A DNA stretch of 32,000 bases from Erysipelotrichaceae bacterium MTC7 (GTDB taxonomy: Bacteria; Bacillota_I; Bacilli_A; Erysipelotrichales; Erysipelotrichaceae), in assembly GCA_001695645.1 (NCBI GenBank), contig LVZN01000012.1:180001-212000 (forward strand), written 5' to 3'. Shown here in pieces: positions 24,759 to 32,000 of this stretch (position 1 is the stretch's first letter; every line of letters starts with the position of its first letter). The translations under genes were made by a program, and so were the position numbers. The notes beneath the pieces are model-generated. The model was not told the DNA's origin. It did not search any database and saw only the letters and a list, made by a program, of their open reading frames with translations.

Positions 24759-25289
24759 ATGAAAAAGAATCTGAGAGAAGAAACTAGAAAAAAACGTGAA
24801 GAACTTAACGAACTGCAACTTGCCAATTATTCATTGGATGTTGTTGATAAGTTGATACCTTTGCTACGAAAATATGAAAAAATCGCAATTTATCTACCGA
24901 TGAATAGCGAAGTTGATGTAACAAGTTTACTAGGTCTTGAACGTTCTTTCTTTGCGCCAGTTGTAAGTGGAAAAAGAGAAATGGACTTTTACTTAATTGA
25001 AGGTCTTGATCAATTTACCATTGGAGCATTTGGACAAAAAGAACCAATCTCGGATTTTAAAATAGCACCTGAAGATCTTGAAGTGATTATTGTGCCATTG
25101 GTCGGCTTTGATGCGAACTTGAACCGCTTGGGTCAAGGTGGTGGATATTATGATGTCTACCTTAAGAAAACAAATGCATTAAAAATCGGTGTTGGTTTTG
25201 AAGCACAAAAGGTTGCAGATATTCCAACGGAAGCTTTCGATGTTCCTTTGGATTACATTGTTAGTGAAGCCAAGGTTTACCATAGATAA
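24759..25289 (+). CDS. 5-formyltetrahydrofolate cyclo-ligase
   Basis: 'IIVPLVGFDANLNRLGQGGGYYD' is the MTHFS signature. Length is 176 aa. Confidence 0.85.
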   Translation: MKKNLREETRKKREELNELQLANYSLDVVDKLIPLLRKYEKIAIYLPMNSEVDVTSLLGLERSFFAPVVSGKREMDFYLIEGLDQFTIGAFGQKEPISDFKIAPEDLEVIIVPLVGFDANLNRLGQGGGYYDVYLKKTNALKIGVGFEAQKVADIPTEAFDVPLDYIVSEAKVYHR

Positions 25290-25651
25290 TATACAACTAG
25301 AGTCCCAATTACCAGAAATGGTAGAAATGGGATTCTTTTTTTATGCATAGACAAGGAATACAACAAGCCAATTAGCGATCCGCATAGTACAACAACAAGC
25401 ATGCACGATAGGCCAACTAGCAAATACACATAAAGTAAGTACTTTAAATCTGCACCACCAAGCATACCTTTCATGTAACCACACCACAACAGACAAAAAA
25501 ATAAAATCGCAAGTAAAACAAAGTCAATTCTTGGGTTATTGTATATAAGTAAGTCGATATACAATAGACAGAAGAAGCGATCTTGAATAAAGTTTGACTC
25601 TATATCTTGTATACAAAGGTAATAAAGTAGAAAATATGTTGTAGATTCCAT
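25277..25651 (-). CDS. Minimal A24-family (prepilin peptidase-like) membrane protein, 124 aa
   Basis: Polytopic. First Asp context is 'LCIQDIESNFIQD', second is 'GMLGGADLKYL' (GxGD-like), and the tail is 'RIPFLPFLVIG'. No convincing SD. Its 3' end overlaps the MTHFS gene by 13 nt. Confidence 0.5.
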   Translation of the reverse strand: MESTTYFLLYYLCIQDIESNFIQDRFFCLLYIDLLIYNNPRIDFVLLAILFFCLLWCGYMKGMLGGADLKYLLYVYLLVGLSCMLVVVLCGSLIGLLYSLSMHKKRIPFLPFLVIGTLVVYYLW

Positions 25652-25664
25652 ACTTTATATACAA

Positions 25665-25693
25665 TTGAAAGTTATAAGTACCTAAAATATGAT
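25665..25693 (+). promoter_or_regulatory. Candidate SigA promoter for the HAD gene
   Basis: TTGAAA (25665-25670), 17-nt spacer, TATGAT (25688-25693). Confidence 0.4.
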
Positions 25694-25720
25694 AAAATAG
25701 AAGACATTAAGAGGTATACA

Positions 25721-26479
25721 ATGAAAACATTTTTTATCGATTTAGATGGTACAATGTATCATGGAAGCATTATGATGGATGGTGCGCAAGAATTCCTTGA
25801 TCGCATCAAAGCTAGTGGCAACCGTTATGTTTTTCTAACAAACAATGCCACAAGAACCTTACAACAAAATAGGGAACACATGGAAGCCATTGGTTTTCGT
25901 GGAATTAAAGATGAAGATTTCTTTACATCAAGTATGGGGGCTGCCATGCACATTGCTCAAAATTATAAAGAACGCAATGCATTTATGATTGGTCGTGATG
26001 GTTTGCGTGAAGCATTACTGGACAATGGTTTTACTATGACTGAAAAAGATGTCGATTTTGTCTTTGTAGGATTGGATAAAGAGGGGACGTATGAAGAGTA
26101 TTCATATGCTTTGAAATTCTTACTAAACGGTGCAAAGCTTGTTGGTACCAATAGTGATCGCCGCTTGGCAACGAGTGATGGTTACGCCATTGGTAATGGA
26201 AGTGTTGTTGCTTTGTTTGAGTACGCCAGTGAACAAGAAAGTGAAAAGATTGGAAAACCATATGCACCAATCTTGAATCAAGCATTGCGTCATTTTCAAA
26301 TTGACAAAGCAGATGTCATCATGGTCGGTGATAATTTAGAAACCGATATTGCACTTGGTGAAAATACTGGAATTGAAACGATTTTAATTACATGTGGTGT
26401 ACATAAACGAGAAGATGTTCAAAAGTTGAAAATTGAGCCAACATATATTGTCGATGCATTTGATCAAATCAAAATGTAG
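25721..26479 (+). CDS. HAD-IIA family hydrolase (NagD/YutF-like sugar-phosphatase type)
   Basis: Motif I 'FIDLDGTMYHG', 'VFLTNNATRT', and motif IV 'MVGDNLETDI'. Confidence 0.85.
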   Translation: MKTFFIDLDGTMYHGSIMMDGAQEFLDRIKASGNRYVFLTNNATRTLQQNREHMEAIGFRGIKDEDFFTSSMGAAMHIAQNYKERNAFMIGRDGLREALLDNGFTMTEKDVDFVFVGLDKEGTYEEYSYALKFLLNGAKLVGTNSDRRLATSDGYAIGNGSVVALFEYASEQESEKIGKPYAPILNQALRHFQIDKADVIMVGDNLETDIALGENTGIETILITCGVHKREDVQKLKIEPTYIVDAFDQIKM

Positions 26480-26500
26480 TGAAAAAATTAAACAAATTAC

Positions 26501-26515
26501 GTGAAAGCGGTTGCA
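26501..26515. promoter_or_regulatory. cre-like (CcpA) site overlapping the -35 of the licT promoter
   Basis: GTGAAAGCGGTTGCA matches WTGNAANCGNWNNCW except at position 1. Confidence 0.5.
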
Positions 26516-26538
26516 ATTGTGTGCAATTATGTTACAAT
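26511..26538 (+). promoter_or_regulatory. SigA-type promoter for the licT leader
   Basis: TTGCAA (26511-26516), 16-nt spacer, then extended -10 TGtTACAAT (26530-26538). Confidence 0.6.
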
Positions 26539-26552
26539 GCAATTGTAAAGTT

Positions 26553-26585
26553 GGATAGTGATTGTGATTAACAAGCTAAACCTAT
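26553..26585 (+). promoter_or_regulatory. RAT element, class A, copy 2
   Basis: GGATAGTGATTG-TGATTAA-CAAGCTAAACCTAT. Both stem halves are identical to the copy at 8410-8442 and only the apical loop differs. Confidence 0.85.
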
Positions 26586-26648
26586 TTGCCCTTAATATGT
26601 ATAAAAAGAATTTCTTTTTTGTATAGGGTAGATAGGTTTTTATATTTT
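26578..26648 (+). terminator. Leader terminator controlled by RAT-A2
   Basis: AAACCTATTTGCCCT (26578-26592) pairs over 15 bp (2 G-U) with AGGGTAGATAGGTTT (26625-26639), followed by TTTTTATATTTT. Confidence 0.85.
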
Positions 26649-26661
26649 AGAAGGTGAGGAA

Positions 26662-27513
26662 ATGATGAAAATTGAGAAAATACTAAACAATAATGTCGTC
26701 GTCATTTTGGAAAAGAATCAAGAAGAAAAAATTGTAATGGGACGTGGCTTGGCTTTTGGCAAAAAAGTTGGAGAAGAAATTGATGATACAAAAATCGATA
26801 AAGAATTTGCCTTAACAAGTGATGTTGCAAATTCACGATTTCAAGAATTAATTGTAGACATTCCACTTGAATATCTAGATCTTGCAGAAGATATTATCCG
26901 CTATGCAAAAACGAAACTAGGAAAGAAATTAGATGAAAATATTCACGTTTCACTAGTTGACCATATTTATACTGCAGTTGTTCGTCAAAAAGAGGGAATT
27001 AAAGTAAAAAATGCATTGTTGTGGGAGACTAAACGTTTCTATCCAGAGGAATATGCAATTGGACTTGAAGCATTAAAAATGATTGATGAACGATTTGATG
27101 TTCAACTGCTAAAAGATGAAGCAGCATTTATTGCATTGCATATTGTAAATGCAGAAATGAATGAACAAGATATTGAAGATGTATATGAAATAACACAAGT
27201 CATGCAAGAAATATCAAATATTGTTAAGTATTACTTCAATGTGGATTTTGATGAAGATTCGGTTTATTTTTATCGCTTCATCACACATTTGAAGTTCTTT
27301 GCACAACGACTCGTGCATCATAGTACATTTTCTGGCAGTCAAGAAGATGATGAATTGCTAGATGTGATTCGATTGAAATATAAAAATGCATATGAATGTG
27401 TACGAAACATTGCAAAGTTCATTGTTGAAAAATACGATTATGTATTATCAAGTGAAGAGCAATTGTATCTTACCATTCATATTGAAAGAGTTATTTACAA
27501 AACAGATAAATAG
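26662..27513 (+). CDS. licT: BglG/LicT/SacY-family PRD-containing transcription antiterminator
   Basis: CAT domain 'MKIEKILNNNVVVILEKNQEEKIVMGRGLAFGKK' followed by two PRDs carrying conserved His (e.g. 'LVDHIYTA', 'FIALHIVNA', 'FITHLKF', 'LTIHIERV'). Confidence 0.9.
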   Translation: MMKIEKILNNNVVVILEKNQEEKIVMGRGLAFGKKVGEEIDDTKIDKEFALTSDVANSRFQELIVDIPLEYLDLAEDIIRYAKTKLGKKLDENIHVSLVDHIYTAVVRQKEGIKVKNALLWETKRFYPEEYAIGLEALKMIDERFDVQLLKDEAAFIALHIVNAEMNEQDIEDVYEITQVMQEISNIVKYYFNVDFDEDSVYFYRFITHLKFFAQRLVHHSTFSGSQEDDELLDVIRLKYKNAYECVRNIAKFIVEKYDYVLSSEEQLYLTIHIERVIYKTDK

Positions 27514-27578
27514 AATTGATTTTTCATAAACGTTAACGATGAAAGGAGGGGCGTTCATAACGTTTACAAAAATATATT

Positions 27579-29534
<1,956 letters not shown>

Positions 29535-29541
29535 AAACATG

Positions 29542-29572
29542 CAAAACATTAGGGAGACCTAATGTTTTGTTG
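29542..29572 (+). terminator. Intrinsic terminator after the PTS gene
   Basis: CAAAACATTAGG-gaga-CCTAATGTTTTG followed by TT. Confidence 0.8.
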
Positions 29573-29642
29573 CCTTTATAGATAAAAAAGAATAAAAATA
29601 ATGCATTTATTGCCTTGACTCTACAGTTGCTAGAGGGTTTAA

Positions 29643-31118
<1,476 letters not shown>

Positions 31119-31128
31119 TTAAATCATT

Positions 31129-31182
31129 GCCTGTTTATGATGTACCGAGAACTGGTAGTTGATAAACAGGCTTTATTATTTT
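31129..31182 (+). terminator. Intrinsic terminator after the GH1 gene
   Basis: GCCTGTTTAT ... ATAAACAGGC followed by TTTATTATTTT. Confidence 0.75.
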
Positions 31183-31213
31183 ACTAAAGAAAAAGAAAGA
31201 AACAGGAGGAACT

Positions 31214-32000
31214 ATGGGAAAACTTAAAATTGCAACAATTGGTGGAGGTAGTAGCTACACACCAGAACTATTTGAAGGATTTATCAAACGTAAAGATGAG
31301 TTAGATATTAAAGAAATCTGGCTTGTGGATATCGAAGAAGGAAAAGAAAAACTAGAAATCGTTGGAGCGATGGCAAAACGTATGATCAAAGCTGCCAACC
31401 TTGATTGGGAAGTGCACCTTACAATGGATCGTAGAGCTGCATTAAAAGATGCAGACTTCGTCACTACACAATTTCGTGTTGGATTACTTGATGCAAGAAT
31501 CAAAGATGAAACCATTCCATTAAAATATGGAATGATGGGTCAAGAAACAAATGGAGCTGGAGGAATGTTCAAAGCATTACGTACCATTCCAGTCATTAAA
31601 TCAATTATTGATGATATGAAAGAACTTTGTCCAAATGCTTGGTTAGTAAACTTTACCAATCCATCAGGAATGGTTACAGAAGCAGCAATCAAATACTTTG
31701 GTTGGACAAGAACGATTGGATTATGTAATGTGCCTATCGTTCATCAAAACATCGCAAATGCATTTGAAGGATTAGAACCATTCAGTGAAGAATTATACTT
31801 CAAGTTTGCAGGATTGAACCACTTCCACTGGCACCGTGTTTGGAATAAACAAGGAGAAGAAATCACAGATAAAATCATTGAGCAACAATATGGAAAAGAT
31901 ATCGCTCCTGAAGATATGCCAGAAGGAGTAAAAAACATTCCACAAATGCCTTTTGATTACGACTTGGTAAAACATGAAGGATTACTACCATGTATGTACC
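31214..32000 (+). CDS. GH4 family 6-phospho-glycosidase (CelF/LicH-like), N-terminal 262 aa; continues past the window
   Basis: It is absent from the ORF track because it has no stop in the window. SD AGGAGG lies 4 nt upstream. The NAD-binding start 'MGKLKIATIGGGSSYTPEL', 'QFRVGLLDARIKDE', 'GQETNGAGG' and 'NFTNPSG' are GH4 motifs. Confidence 0.88.
   Translation, partial: MGKLKIATIGGGSSYTPELFEGFIKRKDELDIKEIWLVDIEEGKEKLEIVGAMAKRMIKAANLDWEVHLTMDRRAALKDADFVTTQFRVGLLDARIKDETIPLKYGMMGQETNGAGGMFKALRTIPVIKSIIDDMKELCPNAWLVNFTNPSGMVTEAAIKYFGWTRTIGLCNVPIVHQNIANAFEGLEPFSEELYFKFAGLNHFHWHRVWNKQGEEITDKIIEQQYGKDIAPEDMPEGVKNIPQMPFDYDLVKHEGLLPCMY

Overview
This is a low-GC Bacillota-type chromosomal window. 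It is almost fully coding, with about 31 protein genes. I saw no rRNA, tRNA, CRISPR array, transposase or integrase. All calls come from reading the sequence and ORF translations by eye; no searches were run.

Gene order, left to right:
- ftsW/rodA-like 3' end, rsmD, coaD and a terminator.
- A four-gene accessory block: small ankyrin-repeat protein, HTH-WYL-WCX regulator, DUF2779-type Cas4-like/DEDDy-exonuclease fusion, and a cytosolic PLC/P1-nuclease-fold metallohydrolase.
- Fe-alcohol dehydrogenase, NUDIX CoA pyrophosphatase and long-form hpf.
- A RAT/terminator-controlled secreted GH3 beta-glucosidase, then a surface metallophosphoesterase (TPKTG sorting signal), YibE/F, an M20 amidohydrolase and an orphan CpsB-like PHP phosphatase.
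- On the minus strand: two PrsA-like foldases, a HIT protein and a small membrane protein.
- sufCDSUB, 5-formyl-THF cyclo-ligase, a minimal A24 peptidase-like gene (minus strand) and a HAD-IIA hydrolase.
- A licT-type antiterminator, beta-glucoside PTS EIIBCA, GH1 6-phospho-beta-glucosidase and the start of a GH4 6-phospho-glycosidase.

Two things stand out:
1. The WYL-led nuclease/hydrolase cassette at 1.7-5.6 kb is a candidate uncharacterised defence or DNA-damage module.
2. Four RAT (ribonucleic antiterminator) elements fall into two sequence classes and are spread over 19 kb. Class A copies overlap canonical terminators and sit behind cre-overlapped promoters. Class B copies have no terminator; their CCTT tails can pair with the downstream Shine-Dalgarno sequence. 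This suggests a translational variant of LicT-type control and links a secreted GH3 enzyme and a surface phosphoesterase to the beta-glucoside regulon.
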